A stretch of 63,525 nt of DNA, filler included. It is 4 parts of 4 records of this genome, joined end to end, with 100 filler letters (N's around TTAATTAATTAA, not from the genome) between each part and the next. Parts side by side here need not be neighbours in the genome. Positions count along the whole stretch, not along the records: positions 15,797 to 34,983 come from SRR20825006_425; positions 35,084 to 55,768 come from SRR20825006_428; 2 more parts are not named here. The stretch is one strand, 5' to 3'. This document shows positions 27,658 through 37,565 of the stretch, piece by piece. The notes beneath the pieces were generated by a model. The model was not told the DNA's origin, did no database searches, and saw nothing but the letters and a program-made list of their open reading frames with translations. Every line of letters begins with the position of its first letter. The first letter of the stretch is position 1. The translations under genes were made by a program, and so were the position numbers.

Positions 27658-28467
27658 ATGATGAAACTCAATAACCAGACCATTGTCCTCACCGGCGCCT
27701 CCAGCGGCATCGGCGCAGAAGCCGCCAAAATCATGGCCAGGAAAGGCGCCACACTGTGCCTGGTTGCCCGCCGCGAGGAACAGCTCCACGAGGTGCAGAA
27801 AGCCATTGAGGAGCAAGGCGGCACAGCCTTGATTTATCCCTGCGATCTCAGCGACAACGCGGCCATCGAGGCCTGTGCCGCGCGCATTCTCACTGAACAT
27901 ACCCGCATTGATGCGCTGGTGAACAACGCCGCCCATTCCATTCGCCGCCCCATCGAGCAGTCTTTCGAGCGCCTGCACGATTACCAGCGCACCATACAGC
28001 TCAACTATATCGGCGCCGTGGCCATGACCCTGCAATTCCTGCCTCGCTTCCAACAACAGGGACACGGCCATGTGGTGAACATTTCCAGCCTGTCCACGCA
28101 GATTCCGATCCCACTGTTCTCCGCCTACCTGGCCAGCAAGAGCGCACTGGAATCCTTCACCCGCTCGCTGGAAGCGGAGATGGGTCATCACGGCATCAGC
28201 ACCACCGTGGTCTACTTCCCCATGGTGCGCACGCCCATGTCCTCGCGCACGGCCATCTATAAGTACATGCCAATGATGCACGTACAAAAGGCGGCGGGCT
28301 GGATTGTGGAAGCCTGTGAAAAACGCCCGGCGCGCATCGCCCGCCCCATGGGAAAACTCGGCAGCGTGCTACTTGCCGCCGCACCAGGGCCGGTAACGCG
28401 CCTGCCCCAACCCTTGTTTCGCGGCATGGATAAAATGCTCGCCAGCCGGTTAAAGAAAAAGCGTTAA
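27658..28467 (+). CDS. SDR oxidoreductase (fatty acyl-CoA reductase Acr1-like)
   Basis: TGASSGIG, NNAAHSIRR, ERLHDYQRTIQLNY, AYLASK, PMVRTPM. Confidence 0.85.
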   Translation: MMKLNNQTIVLTGASSGIGAEAAKIMARKGATLCLVARREEQLHEVQKAIEEQGGTALIYPCDLSDNAAIEACAARILTEHTRIDALVNNAAHSIRRPIEQSFERLHDYQRTIQLNYIGAVAMTLQFLPRFQQQGHGHVVNISSLSTQIPIPLFSAYLASKSALESFTRSLEAEMGHHGISTTVVYFPMVRTPMSSRTAIYKYMPMMHVQKAAGWIVEACEKRPARIARPMGKLGSVLLAAAPGPVTRLPQPLFRGMDKMLASRLKKKR

Positions 28468-28577
28468 AGGCAGGAGCGAGTGACGAGAAGCGAGTGGCGA
28501 AATTCACAATAAAAGCATTTCAAACCCGCTTGGTTTTACTTCTCGTAACTCGCTTCTCGCAACTCGTCACTGTCTTT
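28466..28577. repeat. Heptamer-periodic inverted repeat between convergent genes
   Basis: GCGAGTG-ACGAGAA-GCGAGTG on the left; TTCTCGT-AACTCGC-TTCTCGC-AACTCGT on the right. Confidence 0.7.
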
Positions 28578-29531
28578 CTAACTCACCACATTGATCGGCG
28601 AGCCTGCCTGCCATTGACGAATATTCTCCACCACCCCATCCAGCACCCGTTGCCGGGATTCCCGGGTACCCCAGGCGTTGTGTGGGGTAATCAGCAGGTT
28701 GGGGATGCCGCCGGCAAGCAACGGATGGTCCGCCGGCGGTGGCTCGCTGCTGAGCACATCCAGGCCAGCGCCACCGAGTTGACCACTGCGTAGCGCGTCT
28801 ACCAGCGCCTGCTCATCAATCAGGCCTCCACGGGCGGTATTCAGCAGCAAAGCGCCGGGTTTCATCTGCGACAGAAACGCCGCATCCACCAGCTTGTCGG
28901 TCTGCGGTGTTAACGGGCAATGCAGGCTGATCACATCAGCCGCCGGTAACAGTTCAGCCATCGGCACCCGCCCGGACGGATTGCCCTGGGCCTGAAACGA
29001 TTCGGCAACCTTCACCGTCATGCCGAACGCCTCCGCCAGGCGGGCGGCCTCCCGCCCCAGATCCCCGTAACCGATCACCCCAAAGGTTTTCCCCGCCAAT
29101 TCCGTCATTGGATGGTCAAGCAGACAGAACTGGGGCGCCTGACTCCAGCCCCCCGAACGCACATCCTCATGGTAGGCAGTCAGCCGGGCCGCCAGCGATA
29201 GCAACAGCGCCATCGTATGCTGCGCCACCGACGCGCGGGCATAGCCCGTCACATTGCACACGGTAATGCCCTGGTCCGCCGCCGCCTGCAAATCCACATT
29301 ATTAGTACCGGTGGCACAAATGCAGATAAGCTTGAGGGACGGGCAGGCTTTCAGCGTGGCGGCATCAAGTACCACCTTGTTGGTCACCACCACCTGCACA
29401 CCGTCCAGCCGGGCCACACGCTGGTCGGCGCGGGTCTGCGGGTAAAGCGTCCACGACAACATATTGTCGAAGGCGGTGAAGTCCAGCTCGTCGGGAACCA
29501 GGGTATCGGTATCCAGAAAAACGCCTTGCAT
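28578..29531 (-). CDS. hprA: Glycerate dehydrogenase / hydroxypyruvate reductase
   Basis: VTNKVV, ATGTNNVD, GVIGYGDLG, SLHCPLT, NTARGGL, TPHNAW. Confidence 0.85.
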   Translation of the reverse strand: MQGVFLDTDTLVPDELDFTAFDNMLSWTLYPQTRADQRVARLDGVQVVVTNKVVLDAATLKACPSLKLICICATGTNNVDLQAAADQGITVCNVTGYARASVAQHTMALLLSLAARLTAYHEDVRSGGWSQAPQFCLLDHPMTELAGKTFGVIGYGDLGREAARLAEAFGMTVKVAESFQAQGNPSGRVPMAELLPAADVISLHCPLTPQTDKLVDAAFLSQMKPGALLLNTARGGLIDEQALVDALRSGQLGGAGLDVLSSEPPPADHPLLAGGIPNLLITPHNAWGTRESRQRVLDGVVENIRQWQAGSPINVVS

Positions 29532-29566
29532 AACCTGTCACCTTTGGGGAAGAAGGGAGACCTGCC

Positions 29567-30235
29567 ATGCTAACGGATTTGCTGGAAAAAATGGGCTTTG
29601 ACCTGCCTCAACAGGACTGGGAAAAGCCCGTCGTCGGCGTCAGCGCCTGCCTCACCGGCCAAAAGGTAAGGTACGACGGCGACCACAAACACAACGCCAT
29701 TCTGGTCCACCAGCTGGGGCCCTTACTGCGCTTTCGGGAAACCTGCCCGGAAGTGGCCATTGGCCTGCCCGTGCCGCGCCCGCCCATTCAAGTGGTGCAG
29801 CTCGACGACCAACTGCGGGTACGCGGCGTGGACCAGCCACAGCAGGATGTCACCGACGCCCTGGAAAACGTAGCCGCCACCCTGCAGCCTCCCCTGAGCG
29901 GTTTTGTGCTGAAAGCCCGCTCACCCAGTTGCGGCTACCTGAGCACCCCGGTGCACAACCCTCAGGGGCAACAGATCGGCATGGCCTCTGGCGCCTTTGC
30001 CCGCAAACTCCATGAGCTGTTTCCACGCATTCCGCTGGCCAACGAGGAAGACCTGGAAAAACCCGCCTTCCTGCAGGCGTTTTTGTTGCATGTGTATTGC
30101 TACCACCAATGGCACCACAACGAGCAACAGGGACAGTGGCTCAATCGAATGCAGCAACAAACCGAACAACTGGACGAACCGCTACTCAGCGGCATGCGCC
30201 AGTATCTGGAAAAGCTCGGGCAGGCCATGCATTGA
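29567..30235 (+). CDS. DUF523 family Fe-S protein (2-thiouracil desulfidase TudS-like)
   Basis: GVSACLTG..VRYDG, CPEVAIGL..PR, KARSPSCG cysteine motifs. Confidence 0.85.
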   Translation: MLTDLLEKMGFDLPQQDWEKPVVGVSACLTGQKVRYDGDHKHNAILVHQLGPLLRFRETCPEVAIGLPVPRPPIQVVQLDDQLRVRGVDQPQQDVTDALENVAATLQPPLSGFVLKARSPSCGYLSTPVHNPQGQQIGMASGAFARKLHELFPRIPLANEEDLEKPAFLQAFLLHVYCYHQWHHNEQQGQWLNRMQQQTEQLDEPLLSGMRQYLEKLGQAMH

Positions 30236-30243
30236 AATCAAGA

Positions 30244-30334
30244 TGTCGGGTTACGGCCTTCGGCCTAACACGACCTACGAATAAGAATGCGAGGTTCTTG
30301 TAGGTCGAATTAGGCCGAAGGCCGTAATCCGACA
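30244..30334. repeat. GTAG-type REP doublet, family B
   Basis: TGTCGGGTTACGGCCTTCGGCCTAACACGACCTAC and inverted GTAGGTCGAATTAGGCCGAAGGCCGTAATCCGACA. Confidence 0.8.
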
Positions 30335-30359
30335 CCACAGCCGGAATCGTTTCCAGACA

Positions 30360-30396
30360 CAAAAAAACGCACAGCCCGAAGACCGTGCGTTTTCTT
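30360..30396. terminator. Intrinsic terminator for the minus-strand operon, possibly bidirectional
   Basis: AAAAAAACGCAC-agcccgaagacc-GTGCGTTTT. Confidence 0.7.
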
Positions 30397-30413
30397 CTAC
30401 CCGTATCGGGCTG

Positions 30414-31943
30414 TCACGATGCCTTGCGCAGCACCTGTTCATTAAGGTGCGTCACCTCATAGTCATCCAGCTCGAAGGCACTCAGCTTTTTCTTCAGCGC
30501 CGCCAGAGACCAGGGCCAGGCGGCAAAGTTACGGCCGTTCTGGTCCAGGTAGTAGCTCTTGCAGCCACCGCTGTTGAACACCGTGCCCTTCAGGTGTTTT
30601 TGCACCTTGTCGTTGTGCTGTTTGAGCACATCCGGGCGAATGGTGATTTTGCCGATATCATTGGCCTTCACTTTTTTCAGACCATCGATGATGTAGTCCA
30701 GCTGTGCCTCGGCCAGGCCGATAAAGGAGTCGTACACCAGAACGTTCGGCCCCAGCACCAGAAACGCATTCGGCGTATTCTCCAGGGTCGCGCCCAGATA
30801 CGCTTCCGGCGAGCTGTCTTTCCACAGGTCCGACAACCGATCACCGTTGGCATTCACCACCTTGCTGCCAATCGGCGGATGCGACACATCAAAGCCGGTG
30901 CCCCAGATAATCACATCCACTTCATGACGTTCACCGTTGGCAGCGACAACCGTGTTGCCATCCACTTCCACCAGGCCGTGGGGAATCAAGTTGGCATTAT
31001 CTGCCTGTAGGGCCGGGTAGTAATCGTTGGCAAACAGGATGCGCTTGCAGCCCAGAGTAAAGTCCGGCGTTACCGCCTTGCGCAACGCCTTGTCACTAAT
31101 TTGCACGCGTAACAGCTGCTTCGCCGCCGTGCTGACAGGCTTCAACACATTGGGATTACGCAGGCCAAAATTGATGGCATTCAGGGACGTGGCCACCGCC
31201 TTGCGCCAGCCACGCTGAATCACCGGTAACGCTTCGATGGTGCGCTTGCTTCGGTCACCTAGGGGCAGGTCCGGCTTCGGCAGCACCCAGGGTGCGGTGC
31301 GCTGGAACACGAACAGCTCTTTCACCTTGGGCTGAATCTGCGGCACGAACTGGATCGCCGAGGCACCGGTACCAATCACCGCCACCCGCTTGCCGGTCAG
31401 ATCGTAATCATGGTTCCACTTGGCGGAATGGAACATCTCGCCTGTGAAGCTTTCCAGCCCCGGCAGATCAGGGATTCTGGACTCCGTAATCGGCCCGGTG
31501 GCAAAAATCACCGTCCGCGCCAGGTACTGCCCGCTGGACGTATCCAGCACCCACAGGTGGCGGCTTTCATCCCAGGTAGCAGCGTCCAGCGAGGTATTGA
31601 ATTCAATCAACCGGGTGATGCCAAACTTGGCGCTCACGTCTTCCAGGTAATCGAGAATTTCCGGCTGCTTGGCAAACAGATGGCTCCACTTGCTGCTCAA
31701 CGCAAACGAATAGGAATACAGTGAAGACGGCACATCACAACCACAGCCCGGGTAGGTATTTTCCCGCCAGGTGCCGCCCACGCGATCCGCCTTCTCGATA
31801 ATTTTGAAATCGTTATAGCCTTCTTTTTTCAGCTTGATCGCTGCGGCGATACCGGAAATGCCGGCACCGACGATAAAGGAATCATGAATTTTTTCGCCCG
31901 ACGCCTTGCGCGCAGCGGTCTTGGTCTTTTTTGCAGCGGCCAT
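30414..31943 (-). CDS. Flavin-containing monooxygenase, type I Baeyer-Villiger family
   Basis: GAGISG, GGTWRENTYPG, FTGEMFHSAKW (FxGxxxHxxxW fingerprint), GTGASA. Confidence 0.92.
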   Translation of the reverse strand: MAAAKKTKTAARKASGEKIHDSFIVGAGISGIAAAIKLKKEGYNDFKIIEKADRVGGTWRENTYPGCGCDVPSSLYSYSFALSSKWSHLFAKQPEILDYLEDVSAKFGITRLIEFNTSLDAATWDESRHLWVLDTSSGQYLARTVIFATGPITESRIPDLPGLESFTGEMFHSAKWNHDYDLTGKRVAVIGTGASAIQFVPQIQPKVKELFVFQRTAPWVLPKPDLPLGDRSKRTIEALPVIQRGWRKAVATSLNAINFGLRNPNVLKPVSTAAKQLLRVQISDKALRKAVTPDFTLGCKRILFANDYYPALQADNANLIPHGLVEVDGNTVVAANGERHEVDVIIWGTGFDVSHPPIGSKVVNANGDRLSDLWKDSSPEAYLGATLENTPNAFLVLGPNVLVYDSFIGLAEAQLDYIIDGLKKVKANDIGKITIRPDVLKQHNDKVQKHLKGTVFNSGGCKSYYLDQNGRNFAAWPWSLAALKKKLSAFELDDYEVTHLNEQVLRKAS

Positions 31944-31945
31944 GG

Positions 31946-32794
31946 TTATGCCCCCTTGTGACTGACAAAGCGATAAGAGAAACCCAGGAACTTGGCGTAC
32001 AGGTTGGGCGACGCCCGCTTCATCATCCAGAACAGCTTGGCATCGACCTGGGGCGTGGTGTACAGCTCGCCCTTGTCCAGACGGTTCAGGGTCAGCCTGG
32101 CCACATCGTCACTGGTGGTCATGGCGTAGTTCATCAACGCATGGTCCGCCAACTTGGAGTAACGGCCCGGGATACGGCCGTTCTTGATGATGTTGGTCGG
32201 CACCAGCGTCGGGCAGAGTACATTCACGCGAATGTTGTCCCTGGCCAGTTCCGAGAACAGGGTTTCGGACAGGGCACGCACACCGGCCTTGGTCACGTTA
32301 TAGGCGCTCATTTCCGGTGCCGCCGTGTAGGATGCGGCGGAGGCCACGTTAATGATCGCGCCACGACCTTGCTTCTTGAAACCGGGCACAAAATAGTGGC
32401 AGCCATGGATCACGCCCCACAGATTCACGTGCATGCACCACTTCCAGTCATCCAGGCTCAGCTCATCGAACTTGCCGCCCAGGCCTACGCCGGCGTTGTT
32501 GATGATCATGGTTGCCGGGTGGCCCAGCAAGGCTTCAGATTCCTCAGCCAGTTTTTTCACCTGCGCTTCTTCACCCACGTCGCAGTGAATGGCGAAGCCT
32601 TTGGCGCCTTGGGCTTCCAATAACGCCACGGTTTCCTGTGCCGCTTCCAGATTCACATCCGCACAGACCACGGCACCGCCACGCTTGGCCAGTTCCAGTG
32701 CAAAACTCCGGCCGATACCACTACCGGCACCGGTCACTACCGCATAGGCGTTCTTGCTGGGTTTGGCAAAACGCTGCTTCAAAAAAGTCATCAT
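31946..32794 (-). CDS. SDR family oxidoreductase
   Basis: TGAGSGIG, INNAGVG, AYNVTK. Confidence 0.92.
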   Translation of the reverse strand: MMTFLKQRFAKPSKNAYAVVTGAGSGIGRSFALELAKRGGAVVCADVNLEAAQETVALLEAQGAKGFAIHCDVGEEAQVKKLAEESEALLGHPATMIINNAGVGLGGKFDELSLDDWKWCMHVNLWGVIHGCHYFVPGFKKQGRGAIINVASAASYTAAPEMSAYNVTKAGVRALSETLFSELARDNIRVNVLCPTLVPTNIIKNGRIPGRYSKLADHALMNYAMTTSDDVARLTLNRLDKGELYTTPQVDAKLFWMMKRASPNLYAKFLGFSYRFVSHKGA

Positions 32795-32851
32795 CTTGAT
32801 TATCTCAACAGGTTATCGACGACACGCCCCGAAGCGGGCATGCCACGAAAA

Positions 32852-33781
32852 TCAGGCGCGCAGTTTCGGCACGAATTCCTTGACCAGATACGGCGATAAC
32901 AGACCCGTCTTCGGGTTCAGCAGCTTCTCCTTGTAATACTCAAGGTAGGCCGTGGTGTCGTGGTCGTTGGGATGAAAGTCGCGACGCAGGTAATCCAGAA
33001 TGTGCTTAACCGTGCTGCCGTAAACGCCCTCTTTCGGGCCAGCCAGAAACACCAGGCTGGTTTTCACGTCTTTCCAGAAACGCAGGCTCAGCAGCTTGGT
33101 GGGCTTGCGGTACACCGGAATGGCGGCGCCCCCCAGCGGCACCAGGAACATGATGGTAAAGGCCGCCAGCGCAAAGCCACTCACCCGCAGCGGGTAGTTA
33201 CCGGATAAGGTCTCGTAGACATCATAGGCAATGTCCTTGTGCTCGGACTCTTCCAGCATGTGCCACATCCACAGGGCGCGCTGCTTTTCATCTCCAGTTT
33301 CGTAGAAGACGGCTTCGTTCTTCATCATGTATTCGGCCAACACCGCCGTGAAATGCTCAATCCCCGCCATCAGGGACAGCTGCATGCGGTTAGGCAGTTT
33401 CTTGAAGCCATACTCGAACACGTTGTCTGCCAGGAAACGGTAGAGCGCCACCGGGTAGCGATGCTCGGCGAGGGTATCGTTAAACTCGTCGTGCATTTTG
33501 GAGTGAATGGCTTCCTGGCCAATCAACGCCGTCACCCGCTGCTTCAGCACCGGGTCCTTGAGAAACTGGCGGTGGTAGCGGGCCGTGTCGATCACCAGCT
33601 CTTCGCCAAAGGTCAGGAAGATCGACAGCGCCTGAAAGTACGCAGTGGCAAACTCCGTATCTTTAAAGAAGGTGGTGTCGAGATCCTTGGCATCAAATTT
33701 GAAATCCATATGCCGGATGGGCACCTCGGGAGCGTTCCCGGCGGTTTTCGGCACATATTGATGAAGGGTTGCAGTACTCAT
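32852..33781 (-). CDS. 'Metal-dependent hydrolase' family protein (ferritin-like ExxH motifs)
   Basis: FGEE, GQEAIHS, GIEHFTA, WHMLEESEHKDIAYDV, FHPNDHD. Confidence 0.85.
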   Translation of the reverse strand: MSTATLHQYVPKTAGNAPEVPIRHMDFKFDAKDLDTTFFKDTEFATAYFQALSIFLTFGEELVIDTARYHRQFLKDPVLKQRVTALIGQEAIHSKMHDEFNDTLAEHRYPVALYRFLADNVFEYGFKKLPNRMQLSLMAGIEHFTAVLAEYMMKNEAVFYETGDEKQRALWMWHMLEESEHKDIAYDVYETLSGNYPLRVSGFALAAFTIMFLVPLGGAAIPVYRKPTKLLSLRFWKDVKTSLVFLAGPKEGVYGSTVKHILDYLRRDFHPNDHDTTAYLEYYKEKLLNPKTGLLSPYLVKEFVPKLRA

Positions 33782-34100
33782 AAGGGTCACCTGTGTACGT
33801 AAGGCCAACGCCTGTAAAAAGTGGCTGCCGCAGGCAACGCATCACCTACACCATCCACCGTTACATTGATGGGTGACACAATAAAGTGAATGCTTGTTCG
33901 GATTCAATTCGGATTGATTTTCCGCCACGGCACAAGCCGCACAAAACCGAAGAGAAGAAGAAGTATCACCTGAAATAAAGGGGACCCGGGTAAGTAAGCG
34001 CAAACAAACACGACCAGCTCAGGCCACTTTTTGTCGGCCAGAGTCGGCCGTCATGAACAGAAAACAGGCAGGAAACCCGGCGACGGGCGCCGGGCATGAA

Positions 34101-34556
34101 TCAAAGGATCAAGGTCAAACCGCCAGTAACCACGGCAAAGAGCACCGTCAGCCAGACCAGTGTCCACCACGGGAACGGCGGCGGTGGCGGCTCCACTTCC
34201 AGCTGCTTTTCCAGATAATTCTTCAGCAGCTTGGTGTTGCGGGTATTGGCCTTGTAGATGGCATCAAAAGCATCGCCCACCACCGGCAACAAGCCACCCA
34301 GGAAGTCGATGCCCATGTTGCGCAACATGCGCAGTTTTACGCCTTTGCTGGCGCCTGCGCGGTGAGCCTCCACCAGCACATAGCTGCCCAGCACCAGGCC
34401 CGCCGCATCACCAACGATCGGCACCAGGCCAATAATCGCTTCGGCGCCAATCTGAAACTTGGTAAAGGGAATGCCAATACTGCTATCAGTGAAGCGACTG
34501 AATTTTTCCAGTCGCGCCAGCGCGGCTTCCTGCTGCGCCTTACTCGGGTTTGCCAT
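34101..34556 (-). CDS. DUF4112 membrane protein
   Basis: DSSIGIPFT..GAEAIIGLVPIVGD...PVVGDAFDAIYKANTRN. Confidence 0.85.
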   Translation of the reverse strand: MANPSKAQQEAALARLEKFSRFTDSSIGIPFTKFQIGAEAIIGLVPIVGDAAGLVLGSYVLVEAHRAGASKGVKLRMLRNMGIDFLGGLLPVVGDAFDAIYKANTRNTKLLKNYLEKQLEVEPPPPPFPWWTLVWLTVLFAVVTGGLTLIL

Positions 34557-34900
34557 TAGATCTCCACGTACAGCTGGCCGTCTTCTTCGGTTACCGGCCA
34601 GGTTTCCAGGGCTTTCTCACCCCGCACCACATTCAGCATCTGCACCCCCGGCGGGAAATTCGCCCACTCGGAGACTTCACCGGTGCGGATATCAAACTTG
34701 GCCCGATGCAACGGGCACTGCACACACTGGTCCTTGAGAATCTTGCCTTTGCCCAGCGACGCAAACATATGGGTGCAGCGCGCCTGGGTGGCGTAGAAGC
34801 CATCACTCAGGTGGTACACCACCAGTTTGGTGTCCCCCGCCTTCATGGCGCGGCTTTGTCCTTCGGGTAGATCTTTGCTGGCACAGAGCTGATGACGCAT
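34556..34900 (-). CDS. Rieske [2Fe-2S] ferredoxin
   Basis: CTH...CPLHRAKFDIRTG; 114 aa; TAATG overlap with DUF4112. Confidence 0.92.
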   Translation of the reverse strand: MRHQLCASKDLPEGQSRAMKAGDTKLVVYHLSDGFYATQARCTHMFASLGKGKILKDQCVQCPLHRAKFDIRTGEVSEWANFPPGVQMLNVVRGEKALETWPVTEEDGQLYVEI

Positions 34901-34957
34901 GGTGCTCTCCTTGCTGGCTGAAATTTTGTTGTGGGCTACGAGTCGCTACGACGCACC

Positions 34958-34983
34958 TGTAGGAGTTCCCTTCCAGGGGACGA
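34958..34983 (+). repeat. REP family A copy, truncated at contig end
   Basis: TGTAGGAGTTCCCTTCCAGGGGACGA is identical to 15797-15822. Confidence 0.85.
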
Positions 34984-35083
34984 NNNNNNNNNNNNNNNNN
35001 NNNNNNNNNNNNNNNNNNNNNNNNNNNTTAATTAATTAANNNNNNNNNNNNNNNNNNNNNNNNNNNNNNNNNNNNNNNNNNNN
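34984..35083. other. Artificial contig-join spacer
   Basis: 44 N + TTAATTAATTAA + 44 N. Confidence 0.98.
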
Positions 35084-36289
35084 GACCTGATCGTAGCCGC
35101 GCTGCAGGAAGGTAGAATAGATCGCCGCGAACGGTTTCATGCCGTCTGCCGCAAGGCCAGCGGCGAACGTCACAGCATGCTGTTCGGCAATGCCCACATC
35201 GAAATGGCGGTCCGGGAATTTCTTGGCGAAAATGTCGGTCGATGTGCCGGACGGCATGGCAGCCGTGATCGCGCAAATCTTGTCGTCAGTTTCTCCGAGT
35301 TTCGCCAAGGTCTGGCCAAACACTTTCTGGTAATTTGGCGCCTTGGGTTTTGGCTTCGATTGCTCGCCGGTGATTACGGAGAACTTCGAGACCCCGTGAT
35401 ATTTGTCCGCCGAATTTTCGGCCGGCGCATAGCCTTTGCCCTTTTGGGTAACGACGTGGATCAGGATCGGGCCGTCCTTCATCGCTTTCACATTCTCGAG
35501 AACCGGGAGAAGCGTATCGAGATCGTGACCATCGATTGGCCCGACATAATAGAATCCGAGTTCCTCGAACAGCGTGCCGCCCATGGCAAAGCCGCGCAAA
35601 TACTCCTCCGCGCGCCTGGCCGGACTTTCCAGCCCGATGGGCGTGACCACTTTTTTGGCGATCCGACGCAAACCGCGATAGGGCCGCGAAGATACGAGTT
35701 TAGACAAGTAATTGCTCATCGCGCCGACCGGAGGCGCAATCGACATGTCATTATCGTTCAGGATTACGATCAGGCGGGATTTGTCCGCGCCGGCATTGTT
35801 CATGGCCTCATAGGCCATGCCAGCAGACATGGATCCGTCACCAATCACGCAGACAACATGCGTGTCGCCGCCTTGCAGGTCGCGCGCCTTCGCAAAGCCA
35901 TGTCCCGCAGAAATGGAGGTGGATGCGTGCGCAGCGCCAAACGGGTCGTATTCGCTCTCAGCACGTTTCGTGAAGCCTGACAGGCCGCCAGGCTGTCGCA
36001 GTGTGCGCATCTGGTCGCGACGCTCTGTCAGGATCTTGTGCGGATAGCATTGGTGGCCGACATCGAAGATCAGCTTGTCTGCCGGTGTATCGAAAACGGA
36101 ATGGATCGCGAGCGTCAACTCCACGACACCCAGCCCCGACCCCAGGTGGCCACCCGTAACCGAAACCACATCGATGACTTCGTCGCGCACTTCATCTGCG
36201 AGTTGTTTCAATTCCGCCCGCGAGCGGCCTTTAAGGTCGGCAGGAGAATTGATTGCATCCAGCAAACGATTGGGGCGGGCGTCGGTCAT
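35084..36289 (-). CDS. dxs: 1-deoxy-D-xylulose-5-phosphate synthase, 3' partial
   Basis: [45 protein letters not shown]. Confidence 0.97.
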
Positions 36290-36332
36290 TCCAGTTTAAG
36301 CTCGATCTTTGAATTGTTATTCTGACCAGACC

Positions 36333-37229
36333 TTAATGCGTTCTATCGAGCACAAAATCGACTGATTGCAGCAGTATATGGGCCTTTTCGCGGAAAATTG
36401 CGAGGTGTTCCTTCGCCTGTGCGGCGAGAATGCGCACCCGCTGGCGTGCGCCCTCAATGCCAAGAATGGTCACAAAATTCGCTTTTCCTGCCGCCTCGTC
36501 AGTGCGTAGGGGCTTTCCAGCGCTGTCCTCGCTGCCGGTCGCATCGAGCAAATCATCAGCAATCTGGTAGGCCAAGCCAAGATCATTGGAGAAGCCCGCC
36601 AGTGCGTTGCGTTCAGCTTCCCGGGCGCGGCCGACAATCGCCGCCGCTTCTGTCGCGTAGGAAATCAGCGCGCCCGTTTTGAGGCGTTGCATGCGTGTGA
36701 TTGTGTTCAAATCCCGCGGGCTGTCAGATTCCAACATGTCGATCATCTGGCCGCCGACCATGCCGCGCGCGCCGGATGCATCGGCAAGCCGCTCGATCAG
36801 CATGGCCCTTACGGATGCATCATCATGGGTCTCGGTTGATGCCAGGATCTTGAAGGCCAATGTCAGCAGCGCGTCTCCGGCCAACACCGCAGTCGCTTCA
36901 TCAAAAGCCTTGTGAACAGTCGGCTGGCCACGCCGGAAATCATCATCATCCATGCAGGGAAGGTCATCATGGACGAGTGAATAGCAATGTACGCATTCAA
37001 GCGCCGCGGCAGCGCGCAGCAAGGTCTTCTCGGGCGCATCGAACATGGCGCCCGTTTCCAGCAGGAAGAAAGGCCGCATACGCTTGCCATTGGCCAGAGC
37101 GGCATGGCGCATCGCGCGCATCAAATTGGCTTCCGGGCCGCCTGCAGGCGGGATCAGCTGGTCAAGCGCAACGGTAACCCGGTCGGCCACCTCTTTCAGG
37201 CGCTGTTCGAACTCTTGGGCCTCGCCCAT
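36333..37229 (-). CDS. ispA: Farnesyl diphosphate synthase
   Basis: GKRMRP, HDDLPCMDDDDFRRG, KTGAL, DDLLD; xseB-ispA-dxs synteny. Confidence 0.95.
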   Translation of the reverse strand: MGEAQEFEQRLKEVADRVTVALDQLIPPAGGPEANLMRAMRHAALANGKRMRPFFLLETGAMFDAPEKTLLRAAAALECVHCYSLVHDDLPCMDDDDFRRGQPTVHKAFDEATAVLAGDALLTLAFKILASTETHDDASVRAMLIERLADASGARGMVGGQMIDMLESDSPRDLNTITRMQRLKTGALISYATEAAAIVGRAREAERNALAGFSNDLGLAYQIADDLLDATGSEDSAGKPLRTDEAAGKANFVTILGIEGARQRVRILAAQAKEHLAIFREKAHILLQSVDFVLDRTH

Positions 37230-37241
37230 ATCGAGGCCCCT

Positions 37242-37487
37242 TTAGTCGAAATTGGCGGACTCTGTGGTCGGCCCATTGGCCCCTTGGACAATCTGCTCAA
37301 CCTTCAGCTCGGCGGATTTCAGACGGGATTCGCAGTGCGCTTTCAGCGCCGCGCCGCGTTCATAAATCGCGATGGATTTCTCCAGCTCGACTTCGCCTGC
37401 TTCCAGTTGGCGGACGATGATTTCGAGTTCGGCCAATGCCTCCTCGAAGGTAAGCTTGTCGACTGGTTTCTCTTTCGCATCAGCCAT
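37242..37487 (-). CDS. xseB: Exodeoxyribonuclease VII small subunit
   Basis: FEEALAELEIIVRQLE.G...LEKSIAIYERG. Confidence 0.95.
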   Translation of the reverse strand: MADAKEKPVDKLTFEEALAELEIIVRQLEAGEVELEKSIAIYERGAALKAHCESRLKSAELKVEQIVQGANGPTTESANFD

Positions 37488-37565
37488 TCTTCGGCCTCAT
37501 CTTCCTTGAAATTTCCGTGACACTAGAGCGGCGACCTGAGGTCCACAACCACTTCCCGACCAGAT

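Noticed and set aside
28494-28793. 99-aa plus-strand ORF over the heptamer hairpin
   Set aside because: Mostly antisense to hprA, and its N-terminus is translated repeat sequence
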